From Candidatus Goldiibacteriota bacterium (GTDB lineage: Bacteria; Oederibacteriota; PGYV01), in assembly GCA_016937715.1 (NCBI GenBank), contig JAFGWA010000017.1, forward strand, positions 3,227 through 67,226: 64,000 nucleotides of DNA, given 5' to 3'. The notes under the pieces were generated by a model that ran no database searches, had not been told where the DNA came from, and worked only from the letters and a program-made list of their open reading frames with translations. Each line of letters begins with the position of its first letter. Within the stretch, counting starts at the first letter, position 1. Of this stretch, positions 22,777 through 32,415 are shown in pieces. The position numbers and the translations under genes are program-made.

Positions 22777-23204
22777 TTTAGGTTCCTTTTTTTAAGAATA
22801 TTTTTTTCGGCTGTATACATATTATAACGCGCTTCTTTAAAAGAGGCAGCCGCTTTAATATCAATAAGTTTTGCTGTTTCTTCAAGCACCCTTAAGGATT
22901 CCTGAGCGCGTTTTAAATTTGATATCAGTATTTCTTTAAGGCCGGATTTTTTAAATTCACTTTTTGGGTTTAAAGACCTGCCCGCGTCTTTTTCGCTGTC
23001 ACGCGAAGAAACAATTGCACAATAATCAGGTTCTATAATTTTGGCGGCAGAAGCCGCGGCATGGCGGATCTGTTTTAACAATAAAGTGGATTTTTTATCC
23101 GACAGGGCAAAGCGGGCGATGTCTTCAGATACCCTTATTCCTTCAAGCGCCCTGTTAAGATTGGCGTCAATTATGCGGTAAAGGCTTTTCTTCAGCTGTG
23201 CCAT
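22773..23204 (-). CDS. hypothetical helical protein (co-transcribed with thiC)
   Basis: 143-aa ORF translationally coupled to thiC. No recognisable motif. Confidence 0.35.
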   Translation of the reverse strand: MAQLKKSLYRIIDANLNRALEGIRVSEDIARFALSDKKSTLLLKQIRHAAASAAKIIEPDYCAIVSSRDSEKDAGRSLNPKSEFKKSGLKEILISNLKRAQESLRVLEETAKLIDIKAAASFKEARYNMYTAEKNILKKRNLK

Positions 23205-23425
23205 TTATCCATCCGGAGGACGGAAAGTATTTCCCGGAAGGTTTTTCTGATATCAAAACCGTCATCGTAGAACCTGCCAAGGATAAAACCAAAAATTGTC
23301 AGAAGAAGAATAAATACGGTTTTCCATACTCCGAAGATAACAAGAAAAAGCGCGAGTATAAAACCGGCAAGTACGCCTGTTATACGGCCTATGTTAAGTA
23401 ATATTAATTTCAGAAATTCCGTCAT
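23192..23425 (-). CDS. DUF2273-like small membrane protein (Asp23 module)
   Basis: 77 aa with two TM helices, overlapping both neighbours by 4-13 nt. The Asp23-AmaP-small-membrane-protein trio is a conserved arrangement. Confidence 0.4.
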   Translation of the reverse strand: MTEFLKLILLNIGRITGVLAGFILALFLVIFGVWKTVFILLLTIFGFILGRFYDDGFDIRKTFREILSVLRMDKWHS

Positions 23426-23994
23426 TTTTTTCCTTTTCCGCTTTCCTGAGGGGTTTTATAAACAACTTTTGAAACAATTATGCGCGGTTTAATTTCGGTT
23501 TCAATTCCAAGGGTGTATTTAATGTACTGTATGATAGCTTCCTGAATTTCCTGAGTGGCGTCAGCCACGGAACGGTCTGAATAAAGCGTAGCCCAGGCCG
23601 TGACGTTTAAACCCTTTCTCTTGGAAGTTACCCTGCCGCGTATTTCTTTTATGCCCGCAACCTGATTCTTGATGATTTTTGAAAAATCTTCAATAGCGGA
23701 AAGCGATACCATTATGTCGCCAAGCGGAGACTGCAGCACAACGGTCCTTTCATTAATTTTATTCTGTATGTTTCCTATAATGGTCATAAGGGCTATTAAC
23801 AGTAAAATTGCGCCTGTTATAAAAACCACAAGCCTTGCGGCAAACTGCGTGTTTAAATTGGTAAGAACGGTGTTCATATTATCAACTACAATTTTATTCA
23901 TGCCGGCATTAATGCTTACAGACACAAAAAATATTCCCACCGCTATAAAAAGCAGCGTATTAAGTGCAATAATAATGCGGTTAAAGTATCTCAT
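23422..23994 (-). CDS. alkaline shock response membrane anchor protein AmaP-like
   Basis: An N-terminal TM pair followed by a soluble domain, encoded directly downstream of asp23. Confidence 0.45.
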   Translation of the reverse strand: MRYFNRIIIALNTLLFIAVGIFFVSVSINAGMNKIVVDNMNTVLTNLNTQFAARLVVFITGAILLLIALMTIIGNIQNKINERTVVLQSPLGDIMVSLSAIEDFSKIIKNQVAGIKEIRGRVTSKRKGLNVTAWATLYSDRSVADATQEIQEAIIQYIKYTLGIETEIKPRIIVSKVVYKTPQESGKGKK

Positions 23995-24007
23995 TTTTTT
24001 CCTCCGT

Positions 24008-24370
24008 TCAGATTTTCTTTTTTTCGGAAGCCGGCCTTACTCCGGTTACTGTAAGGTTTATCTTGTCAACTATAAGCCCCGACATCTGTTCAATTGATTC
24101 CCTTATTTTTTCCTGCGCTTCGGCGCTTGTTTCAATTATATCCCTGCCGAAAGCGATAATAATATTTACGTCAACGGAAACAGTATCGCCTTTAAGGTCA
24201 ACTTTTACCCCTTTGTTAAGGTATTTTATCCCAAGAATTTCCGCGATTCCGCCGACGGTACCGCTGTCCATATCAATAACGCCGTCAACGCTGTTTGCCG
24301 CGATAGCAACAATTGCCGCTATTGCTTCATCGGAAATTCTGATATTGCCGGAAAAAGTTTTCTGTTCCAT
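24008..24370 (-). CDS. Asp23/Gls24-family envelope stress protein
   Basis: IRISDEAIAAIVAIAANSVDGV...GVKVDL.GDTVSVDVNIIIAFG matches the Asp23 family. Confidence 0.75.
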   Translation of the reverse strand: MEQKTFSGNIRISDEAIAAIVAIAANSVDGVIDMDSGTVGGIAEILGIKYLNKGVKVDLKGDTVSVDVNIIIAFGRDIIETSAEAQEKIRESIEQMSGLIVDKINLTVTGVRPASEKKKI

Positions 24371-24382
24371 TATTTCACCCCG

Positions 24383-25729
24383 TTACTTTCCCATCTGTTC
24401 AATGAAGGAAGTTGAATAATTATTTGATATAAAATTTTCATTTTCAAGTATAATTTTATGAAGCGGAATTGTGGTTTTTATTCCTTCAATTACAAACTCA
24501 TCAAGCGCCCTTTTCATCCTGCAAATGGCTTCTTTTCTGTCAGAACCGTGCGCGATAATTTTTGCCACCATTGAATCGTAATAAGGCGGAATTGTATATC
24601 CCTGATAGACATGCGTGTCAACCCTTATGCCCGCGCCGCCGGGTACGTTGTATTCTGTTATTTTTCCGGGTGACGGCATAAAATTATTATCAGGGTCTTC
24701 GGCATTTATCCTGCATTCAATTGAATGCCCCCTTAAGGCAATATCTTTGTTGGCAGGAAGGGAGCAGCGTTCGCCCGCGGCAATTTTAATCTGTTCTTTA
24801 ATAAGGTCAAAACCGGTGACTTCTTCTGTTACCGTGTGTTCAACCTGTATTCTTGTGTTCATTTCCATAAAATAAAAATTTTTATTTTTATCCATAAGAA
24901 ATTCTATTGTGCCGGCGCCTTCATATTTAATTGCCCTTATAAGTTTCTGGGCTGTGGCGCACATTTCGCGCCTTATTTTATCTGATATGAAAGGTGAAGG
25001 TGATTCTTCAATAAGTTTCTGGTGCCTGCGCTGAACAGAACAGTCGCGTTCTCCCAGTGTGAAATAATTATTATGTTTGGGGTCGCCAAGCACCTGTACT
25101 TCTATGTGGCGCGGTTCTTCCACGAATTTTTCAAGATAGATGGACGCGTCATTAAAGGAGGTCTGTGCTTCCTGGCTTGCGGTTTTATACGCGCTGCGGA
25201 GCGTCAGTTCGGTGTGAGCCACTCTCATTCCGCGCCCGCCGCCGCCGGCTGATGCTTTAAGCATTATGGGATAGCCTATTTTTTTTGCAACTTCCGCCGC
25301 GTCATCTTCATCGCGAAGAATTCTTCCGCTTCCGGGAGTGGTAGGAACTTTCGCGTTTGTGGCTGTTTCTATGGCTTTGGCTTTTGCGCCCATAAGGCGC
25401 ATGGCTTCGGGCGAAGGGCCTATAAATTTAATGTTGCAGTTGGCGCAAAGTTCCGCGAAATGCGCGTTTTCCGCCAGAAAGCCGTATCCGGGATGAATTG
25501 CTTCCGCGTCAGTAATTTCCGCGGCGGATAAAATTGCCTGAATGTTAAGATAGCTTGATTTTGGCGTGTTTGGCCCTATGCAGATGGCGTGATCCGCGTA
25601 TCGGACGTGAAGCGAATTTTCATCGGCTTCGGAATAAACCGCCACGGTTTCAATTCCCATTTCCCTGCATGCCCTGATTATTCTTAAAGCAATTTCTCCC
25701 CTGTTCGCGATTAGTATTCTTTTAAACAA
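24383..25729 (-). CDS. accC: acetyl-CoA carboxylase biotin carboxylase subunit
   Basis: ATP-grasp biotin carboxylase homology over 448 aa (MFKRILIANRGEIALRIIRACREMGI...). Confidence 0.95.
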   Translation of the reverse strand: MFKRILIANRGEIALRIIRACREMGIETVAVYSEADENSLHVRYADHAICIGPNTPKSSYLNIQAILSAAEITDAEAIHPGYGFLAENAHFAELCANCNIKFIGPSPEAMRLMGAKAKAIETATNAKVPTTPGSGRILRDEDDAAEVAKKIGYPIMLKASAGGGGRGMRVAHTELTLRSAYKTASQEAQTSFNDASIYLEKFVEEPRHIEVQVLGDPKHNNYFTLGERDCSVQRRHQKLIEESPSPFISDKIRREMCATAQKLIRAIKYEGAGTIEFLMDKNKNFYFMEMNTRIQVEHTVTEEVTGFDLIKEQIKIAAGERCSLPANKDIALRGHSIECRINAEDPDNNFMPSPGKITEYNVPGGAGIRVDTHVYQGYTIPPYYDSMVAKIIAHGSDRKEAICRMKRALDEFVIEGIKTTIPLHKIILENENFISNNYSTSFIEQMGK

Positions 25730-25746
25730 GTAAGGGCCCCTTTCAA

Positions 25747-26262
25747 TCAGGATTTTTCAATAATTATTAAAGGCTGGTTATATTCAACAGGCTGAGCGTT
25801 TTCAGCAAGAATTTCTTTTACTTTTCCTTTAACTTCACACTTTATTTCGTTCATTATTTTCATGGCTTCAATTATACACAGTGTTTTTCCCGGTTCAACA
25901 GTGTCGCCCACATTAATAAAAGGCGGAGAATCCGGCGACGGCGACCTGTAGAAGGTTCCTACCATCGGTGATTTTACAGCGTGCGCATTTGGATTTTCTG
26001 CGGCTGCGGCAGGAACAGCAGCCGGCGCGGAAACCGAAACAGCAGCCGGTGCATGCTGCATAGCCGGCATAGAAACACCGGCAGGCGCTGAAGAATAGGA
26101 AATATTAGCAGGAGCAAAAGCTCCCTGCCTTCTGAACTGGATTTTTAAGTCGCCCTGTTCATAAATAAATTCAACAAGGTCCCCTTTTTCCATAATGGTT
26201 AAGGCAAGTGTAAGTGATTCGGCGTCTATTTTTGCTTTGCTGACCGCGGGCTTTTTTGCCAT
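25747..26262 (-). CDS. accB: acetyl-CoA carboxylase biotin carboxyl carrier protein
   Basis: Ala/Pro-rich linker and a C-terminal biotinyl domain with the EAMKIMNEI biotinylation motif. Confidence 0.85.
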   Translation of the reverse strand: MAKKPAVSKAKIDAESLTLALTIMEKGDLVEFIYEQGDLKIQFRRQGAFAPANISYSSAPAGVSMPAMQHAPAAVSVSAPAAVPAAAAENPNAHAVKSPMVGTFYRSPSPDSPPFINVGDTVEPGKTLCIIEAMKIMNEIKCEVKGKVKEILAENAQPVEYNQPLIIIEKS

Positions 26263-26283
26263 GTTTTAAGCACCTCTTTTTTC

Positions 26284-26844
26284 TTATTTTGATCTCTCTA
26301 TGTATTCGCCTGTCCTTGTATCAACTTTTATCATTTCCCCTTCTTTAATAAAAAGAGGCACATTGACAATAGCGCCGGTTTCCAAAGTGACAGGTTTTGT
26401 AACTGAACCGCCTGAATCTCCCTTGATTCCCGGGGGTGCTTCCACAACCCTTAAATCCACTTTAAACGGTATCTTTACCCCAAGAACAACGCCTTCAAAC
26501 ATAAGCATGTTGATTATCATTTCTTCCTTAAGGAATTTTATCTGCTCGCCGATCTGTTCCTTTGGAAATTCATACTGTTCAAATGATTCCGTATCCATAA
26601 AGTGATAAACATCGCCGTCAATGTATGAAAACTGAAGGTTTCTCTGTTCAAGCTGTACATCTTCAAATTTATCATCAGGAGAGAAAGTTCTTTCAACCAC
26701 TCCGCCGGCTTTCAAGTTTTTTATTTTTGCCCTTACAAGAGGGGCTAACCTTGGCCTTTGAACGTGCTGAAATGAAACGACTTCATATACAATTCCGTCC
26801 ATTTTAAATGTAACTCCCTGCCTGAAATCATTTGCGCTTACCAT
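26284..26844 (-). CDS. efp: elongation factor P
   Basis: Clear EF-P homology over 186 aa (KAGGVVERTFSPDDKFE, three-domain layout). Confidence 0.95.
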   Translation of the reverse strand: MVSANDFRQGVTFKMDGIVYEVVSFQHVQRPRLAPLVRAKIKNLKAGGVVERTFSPDDKFEDVQLEQRNLQFSYIDGDVYHFMDTESFEQYEFPKEQIGEQIKFLKEEMIINMLMFEGVVLGVKIPFKVDLRVVEAPPGIKGDSGGSVTKPVTLETGAIVNVPLFIKEGEMIKVDTRTGEYIERSK

Positions 26845-26856
26845 TAAAAAATCCTC

Positions 26857-27918
26857 CTAAAGTAAAATAAGTTTATCATCCATTGAGCCAAGCTTAACGG
26901 ACCCGTCTTTTGTTACAAGATAATCATCTTCAATTCTTATTCCGTAATTGCCTTCCAGGTATATACCCGGTTCGCAGGTTATTACCATTCCCTGCTTTAA
27001 TACTGTATCGGCGGTGGAATTCACATATGGTTCTTCGTGTATGTCTATCCCAAGGCCGTGGCCAAGGGAGTGGGTGAAAAATTTATCAAGCTTGTGTTCA
27101 AAAAGCACACGCCTGGCTTCCCTGTCCGCTAAAACCGCTTTATTTCCGTTTTTTACCATTTTTAAAGCTGTTTTTTTGGCTTTTCTTACAATATCATAAC
27201 TGCGCTGTATTTCCCTGAAGCGAGTTCCTATTATACCGAAGCTGATTACCCTTGTCAAGTCTGAACAGTAGCCGTTGCACTTCACCCCGCAGTCAAGCAG
27301 GATAAGCGACCCTTTTTGAAGTTTTCTGTCAGAAGGCATAGCGTGCGGGATTGCGGCATTTTCATCAAACGCAACAATTGTATTAAAACTGACCGAAGAA
27401 GCGCCAAGTTTTTTTGCCCTGTATTCAAATTCAGCGGACAGGTCTTTTTCTGTTATACCGGTTTTAAGTGTTTTAATAACAGCCATTATGGCGTTTTCGT
27501 TTATTTCAATAGAATGTTTTATTGCCTGTATTTCATCACCATCTTTAATAAGCCGCATGGATGATATTAAGGAAGAAATCTGAGGGTTCTTTGTTGTTTT
27601 TTTAAGGTTAATATAATCTGACAGGGGCGTATGTACTGAAATATAAGTTTTTGTTTTGCCTGCAAGTATTTTTTTAAGAGTGTCCTTAAATTTATTTGTT
27701 ATTATTACTTCATAAAAAGAAGCCAGCTTCAGGTTATCCGTAATTCCCTTATAGCGGCTGTCTGTTATGAAAAAAGATTTATCACGGGTGATTATTATTT
27801 TTGCGAAAGTGCCTGAAAAGCCGGAGAGATAAAAGATGTCTGAAGCGCAGGCCGCGTAAAAGCATTCATTATTTTTTAAGGATGATAAAACTTTTTTTAC
27901 GCGCGCTTTAAAGTTCAT
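26857..27918 (-). CDS. Xaa-Pro aminopeptidase (M24 family)
   Basis: M24 metal ligands (DCGVKCNGYCSDLTR, HSLGHGLGIDIHE, ITCEPGIY..IRIED); the classic efp neighbour. Confidence 0.85.
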   Translation of the reverse strand: MNFKARVKKVLSSLKNNECFYAACASDIFYLSGFSGTFAKIIITRDKSFFITDSRYKGITDNLKLASFYEVIITNKFKDTLKKILAGKTKTYISVHTPLSDYINLKKTTKNPQISSLISSMRLIKDGDEIQAIKHSIEINENAIMAVIKTLKTGITEKDLSAEFEYRAKKLGASSVSFNTIVAFDENAAIPHAMPSDRKLQKGSLILLDCGVKCNGYCSDLTRVISFGIIGTRFREIQRSYDIVRKAKKTALKMVKNGNKAVLADREARRVLFEHKLDKFFTHSLGHGLGIDIHEEPYVNSTADTVLKQGMVITCEPGIYLEGNYGIRIEDDYLVTKDGSVKLGSMDDKLILL

Positions 27919-28532
27919 TTTTTTGTGATAACCGCCATGTTGTATTCTATGATGGGGCCGTAAAACGGAATCTTTTCAAGCAGGTCAGACGCGCTGTTTA
28001 CCAGATTTATAAAAAACGGCATATTTATCGGGCTTACCCTGGCTGAAAAATGTTTTATTTCATAAGGCAGGCTGCAGGGTTTAATAGTTTCTTCAAAACG
28101 TTTCTGTGAAAAATGCTGGTGCCCGCCCATTAAAGTAAGGTGAAGGTAAAAAATGGGGTTGTACCTGTTGGCTTCCAGAATAATTACGGTTTTTCTTGAA
28201 ACCCTGCACATTTCTTTTACCGCGTTTACAGGATCGGCCGCGTGATGCAGCATGTCTTTTTCCACAACAGTGTCAAATGAACCGACCGGATAGTTTAACT
28301 TTTCGCAGTTGCCGGTTTTAAATTCAATACCTGACCCGTCAAACTTTTTCCAGTTAACTGATTCTTCCAGGTCTATGGCTTCTGTTTTTTTAAAAAACGG
28401 CGCCATTAAAACAGCGTCTTCGCCGTCGCCGCATCCGGCGTCCAGCAGCGAATCGCCGGAAAAATACGGTTTTATTTTTTCAAGAATTCTTAATCTGTAT
28501 GACTGCGCGTTTTTTGGGGCGTTACTTGTCAT
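27915..28532 (-). CDS. class I SAM-dependent methyltransferase
   Basis: Motif I LLDAGCGDGED; 4-nt overlaps with both neighbours. Confidence 0.7.
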   Translation of the reverse strand: MTSNAPKNAQSYRLRILEKIKPYFSGDSLLDAGCGDGEDAVLMAPFFKKTEAIDLEESVNWKKFDGSGIEFKTGNCEKLNYPVGSFDTVVEKDMLHHAADPVNAVKEMCRVSRKTVIILEANRYNPIFYLHLTLMGGHQHFSQKRFEETIKPCSLPYEIKHFSARVSPINMPFFINLVNSASDLLEKIPFYGPIIEYNMAVITKK

Positions 28533-29550
28533 ATTTTTTAAGCTCCGGTATTATTTTTGAAAGCGCGGGTACGTCAAAAAACTTGGTGCCTGATATTTCA
28601 TTGGTGACAGCCTGATACATCTGCGAAATAAGGTTTTTCATCTGTGACGGAAGCGGAGGCGGCGCGGTTTTTACAAAAGTTTTCCAGTCATTGCCGCGTT
28701 CTTTTTTGGCTTTTTCCACTTCTTCCGCCCACTGCGTGCCGCGGTAATGCCTGCGTGTTATTTCTTTGCTTATGTGAAAACCGTCTATGGTAAACCTGCA
28801 TTCATCCGGAGTTCCAAGCACATCAACCACAATTAATTCGCCGCTGCTGTTCATGCCGAATTCAAATTTGCCGTCAACGTTTTTAATGCCTGCGGCAGCA
28901 CACCTTTCTGTAATAAGAGAGTTAATTTCAAGAATAAGGCTTTTAACTTTTTTTATGCCGTCTGAGCGAAGGCCGGAAATTACACCGGCTTCTGTCCAGT
29001 CAATGTAGCGGTCAGTATGTTCAAGTTTTGTGGAAACGTCAAGTATGGGTGTCTGTAAATCATCGCCGGGAACAGGCATTTTTTCAAGTCCAAGCGCCTG
29101 AAAAGTAACATCTCCATTTTTAATCCTTTTGAATACGGAAGAACCTTCCGGAAGGCTGTTTCTGTATATAACTTCAAGCGGAATAAGGTAATTGCCTGAA
29201 ACATTTTCATACTGCGCGTAATTATATGTGTTCTTTTCCTTATTATAAGCGGGGCGAATTACGCGCAGGACCTGAACTTTCATTTTATTAAATGGTTTAA
29301 AGGCATTTTCATAGGTAATTACTTTATTTCCCTCTGCAAGCCCAAGAAAGTGGGACTTAATTCCTTTTTTTGCCAATAGGTTAAAAAAGTATGAAGAAAG
29401 AGTGCAAAGCGCGGCGCCTTTATGGTCTATATGGTCCGGCATTTCCCCCCAGTCAAAAACAGAGTATCTGTCAGAAAATGTAAAAGTGCCTTCACCTTCT
29501 GAATTGTCCGTAGCGGCTTTTATTATTTCAACCTCTTTTACGCTGCCCAT
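28522..29550 (-). CDS. purC: SAICAR synthetase-like protein (long eukaryote/archaea-type PurC)
   Basis: SAICAR_synt family motifs: EGEGTFTFSDRYSVFDW, LIPLEVIYRN, DVSTKLE.TDRYI. Confidence 0.65.
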   Translation of the reverse strand: MGSVKEVEIIKAATDNSEGEGTFTFSDRYSVFDWGEMPDHIDHKGAALCTLSSYFFNLLAKKGIKSHFLGLAEGNKVITYENAFKPFNKMKVQVLRVIRPAYNKEKNTYNYAQYENVSGNYLIPLEVIYRNSLPEGSSVFKRIKNGDVTFQALGLEKMPVPGDDLQTPILDVSTKLEHTDRYIDWTEAGVISGLRSDGIKKVKSLILEINSLITERCAAAGIKNVDGKFEFGMNSSGELIVVDVLGTPDECRFTIDGFHISKEITRRHYRGTQWAEEVEKAKKERGNDWKTFVKTAPPPLPSQMKNLISQMYQAVTNEISGTKFFDVPALSKIIPELKKYDK

Positions 29551-29658
29551 GATTGCCTCCTGATAACGTTAATTTATACCGAAAGTATTATACAACAAGA
29601 GTGTGAAAACAGATTAGTTTTTTTATGGTGTTTTTAGCCTGGCAGGCGGGGTATTTAA

Positions 29659-29852
29659 TTTTTTATTTACTTCTGACCCTTATATCTTCCATGCATCCGT
29701 CTCTTGGTTTACCGGGGTTTGTTGTATATAGTGGCAGGCGCGCCTTTTAATATCGAGCCTATAATAAAATTGCTCGATATTATGCGCGGCAGTTGATTTG
29801 ATGTTTGTTTTTACTTCCGACCCTCAGACCCTCTGTGCATCTGTCTTTCAGC
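29659..29852. repeat. two direct copies of the GATGCACAGA-type intergenic repeat (29659-29708 and 29808-29852, minus orientation) flanking a 13-bp-stem hairpin (29751-29782)
   Basis: tttacttcTgaccct...tgcatccgtctcttgg versus tttacttcCgaccctcagaccctctgtgcatctgtctttcagc; hairpin AATATCGAGC-loop-GCTCGATATT in between. Confidence 0.6.
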
Positions 29853-29864
29853 TTAACAGCGGTT

Positions 29865-30060
29865 GGGTATAAACCTCGAAACTATCTCGGCAAGGGAGAG
29901 ATACCACTCGCCATAAACTGATGATAATGGCTCGGGTATAAATCATCTCTAAGCCTCGAAACTACCTCGGCAAGAGCGTGATACCACTCGCCATAAACTG
30001 ATGATAATGGCTCGGGTATAAATCATCTCTAAGCCTCGAAACTACCTCGGCAAGAGCTGA
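29865..30060. repeat. tandem direct repeat, unit about 80 bp x 2.6 copies (69-bp, 80-bp and partial 47-bp units)
   Basis: Units begin with GGGTATAAA at 29865, 29934 and 30014. Units 2 and 3 are identical over the region inspected; unit 1 lacks the 11-bp TCATCTCTAAG insert. Confidence 0.85.
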
Positions 30061-30061
30061 T

Positions 30062-31261
30062 TTACCAGCCGGCTCCTGTAGATTTATTAGGGACAGCGCG
30101 GATTGGGGTTGCAACGGTTTCAGGTGACGAAGAAACCGGTGTAGGTGTTGGTTGTACTATATTGGCGGAAACTTTGCCACCTTTTTTTACAGTGGCTTTT
30201 ATTGGTGCCGCTGTGGTTTGTAATGTTTTAACGGCAACAGGCTGTGAAACTGTTTTATTGCCGGGAACTACAGCAGGTAAAGTTTTATCCGCGGACGCGG
30301 GTGTCGGCGTGTATGTAGGCAGAGGCGCGTCAAGAATTCTGTGCAGCCAATAAGGCGAGACGCCGCCGCTTTCATCAGAAATTTTCATCCTGTTGGTGCC
30401 ATCGGGCCTCATTATCCATATTTCAGGAATATATTTATTATTTATGAAATTTACAAAAACAATATCTTTGCCGTCATAAGAATACACCGGGGAATGGCTT
30501 TTTCCGTCAAGGGTGATATTTTCTGTTTTTCCGGAAGCGATATCATGTACGGCAATGTTTGATGTTTCGCCTTCAAAAAGCGTAAAGACAATTTTTTTGC
30601 CGTCCGGCGAAAAAGAAGGTGAAGCGGCCTTTTTATTGGTATAGTTTGTAAGGCGTGTTTCGTTTATAAAATCTTTTTCCCTTGAATATATATTGGAAGT
30701 ATTTTCATTTTCTATTTTTATGTAAATAAGTTTGTTGTCTTTTGACAGCGAGGGGGAAACGCAATCGTGCGTATCTGTCAGCGCCACGGGGTTATACCCG
30801 TCCCTGTTTATCTTCCAGATATTTTTGCGGCGCGAATAAATTATTTCTGACGAATCGGCTGTCCAGCCGCCGGGATTGCTCATTTTTAAATTTGTGGTGT
30901 CGCCTTCAAGGGAATCCCGGTCAAAAGTAATCTGCGTTGCCCTGTTATTTTTTAAATTACCGGTCCAAAGGTTAAAGTACCCGTTTTGATGCACCCAATA
31001 CGCGATTGTCCAGCCGTCCGGAGAAACACTTGGAAACCATTTGCTTTTTCCGTCAGGAAAAAGTTCCTGTTTTGAATTTCCGTCGCGGTCAATCCAGTAA
31101 AGCGAACCGTTTGATGTATATATTATTTTATCAAGCGCCGGCACCGCTGTAGGTACAGGCGTGGGTACGGCTTTAATCTCTGTCTTTTTTTTCTTACAGC
31201 CGCTGAAAGGAATAATTACGCACAGCAAGAGAATGAAGATTATGAAAATTTTATTTTTCAT
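30062..31261 (-). CDS. TolB-like beta-propeller lipoprotein with a Pro/Thr-rich C-terminal tail
   Basis: Lipobox signal MKNKIFIIFILLLCVIIPFSGC; PD40/WD40-like repeats (DG..IAYW, PSFSPDGKKIVF); C-terminal TPTPASADKTLPAVVP... low-complexity tail. Confidence 0.6.
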   Translation of the reverse strand: MKNKIFIIFILLLCVIIPFSGCKKKKTEIKAVPTPVPTAVPALDKIIYTSNGSLYWIDRDGNSKQELFPDGKSKWFPSVSPDGWTIAYWVHQNGYFNLWTGNLKNNRATQITFDRDSLEGDTTNLKMSNPGGWTADSSEIIYSRRKNIWKINRDGYNPVALTDTHDCVSPSLSKDNKLIYIKIENENTSNIYSREKDFINETRLTNYTNKKAASPSFSPDGKKIVFTLFEGETSNIAVHDIASGKTENITLDGKSHSPVYSYDGKDIVFVNFINNKYIPEIWIMRPDGTNRMKISDESGGVSPYWLHRILDAPLPTYTPTPASADKTLPAVVPGNKTVSQPVAVKTLQTTAAPIKATVKKGGKVSANIVQPTPTPVSSSPETVATPIRAVPNKSTGAGW

Positions 31262-32340
31262 TTAAAACTGCCTTTCGCCGGTGTGGTATCGGCTATTTCT
31301 GAAGGTGCCGGAAAAAACGCATTAAAGAAAGAAGTAAGTTTTTTCTTTTTGCCGGTTTCATATTCAAGGCTGTATATATCGTTGTTTTCAACATAAAAAA
31401 TAAATTTACCGTCTTTTGAAAAAACAGCGCAGCAGCCGGGCTTGTCTGTTACTTTAAGGTCTGCTTTGGGGTCTTTCTGCTGTTTTGCCTCTGTTTTATT
31501 AATATAAATAACCGGTATGTTTTTTTCTGTATTTTTAATGTAGGAAAAAACCTGTTGTTTGGCTTCAAGTTTTGCCCTGTTGAATGAAACTTCATTTTTA
31601 AGATAATTTGTGGAAAACAGTGTTTTTATACCAAGCCCCGATGCGTTTATTGTTTTTATTCCGGCATTGTCGGAATAAATAATTGAATCGTCGCCGGACC
31701 AGTCAAATGAAGGAAATATTATTTCACTTTTAGCCAGTTGTATTTCGTTTGTAAGGTCTGCGTTCATCACAAAAATTCCGCTGTTATTTTTTGTTTTTTC
31801 CCTGAAGAAAACAAATTTTGCGTAATTTGGAGACAGTTTAAAAGAAGTGACATCGTGGTGCTGTGTCAATGCGGACTGCGAAATGCCGATTTTATCAACT
31901 GACCAGATATTTCCATGCATTAAGTAATAAATATTTTTGCCTTCTTTGTCCCACTGTATAAGCCCTCTGTTGTAAAGGTCGGGGATTACTTTGTTTGAAG
32001 TATATTTTGTAAGGGCTTCCTGCCTGGTACCGTCAGTATTCATTATATATAAATTTACAGAGCCGCTGCGGTCGGAAAACATTGCTATTTTGTTTCCTGT
32101 GGGGTCAACGCAGGGAGACCAGTTATTTCCGGAGGATGTAAGTATTTCTTTTTTTGAACCGTCTTCATTCATAATACCAATCTGGTATTTACCCTTGCTG
32201 TCCTGCATAACAAAATAGAGGGCTTTTTTAAAAACGGGCTTGGCATCTTCTTCTATAAGGGCAGAAACAGGCATAGTAAAAATAAAGGATATTATTAATA
32301 AGGAAAGTACTGCAAATAAATTGCCTTTTTTTACGCCCAT
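31258..32340 (-). CDS. TolB-like beta-propeller periplasmic protein
   Basis: Signal peptide; PD40-like repeats (SPCVDPTGNKIAMFSDRSG, SVNLYIM); translationally coupled to the downstream paralog. Confidence 0.55.
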   Translation of the reverse strand: MGVKKGNLFAVLSLLIISFIFTMPVSALIEEDAKPVFKKALYFVMQDSKGKYQIGIMNEDGSKKEILTSSGNNWSPCVDPTGNKIAMFSDRSGSVNLYIMNTDGTRQEALTKYTSNKVIPDLYNRGLIQWDKEGKNIYYLMHGNIWSVDKIGISQSALTQHHDVTSFKLSPNYAKFVFFREKTKNNSGIFVMNADLTNEIQLAKSEIIFPSFDWSGDDSIIYSDNAGIKTINASGLGIKTLFSTNYLKNEVSFNRAKLEAKQQVFSYIKNTEKNIPVIYINKTEAKQQKDPKADLKVTDKPGCCAVFSKDGKFIFYVENNDIYSLEYETGKKKKLTSFFNAFFPAPSEIADTTPAKGSFK

Positions 32341-32415
32341 TTTTACCTCATAAGGTATATTTTCCTTTATAATATATGCTTTTTATGGAAGTGTCAACAG
32401 TAAATAAGGGTTTTA

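Noticed and set aside
22777-23210. TPP riboswitch expected upstream of thiC
   Set aside because: The region is occupied by a 143-codon uninterrupted ORF translationally coupled to thiC. No CUGAGA / ACCUGAUCUGGAUAAUGCCAGCG-type core was found; only a weak partial resemblance (AACCUGAUUAUUGUGC) inside the coding sequence.
29865-30060. Possible CRISPR array (regular repeats)
   Set aside because: The units are about 80 bp and directly abut one another with no unique spacers. No cas genes are nearby. It is a simple tandem duplication.
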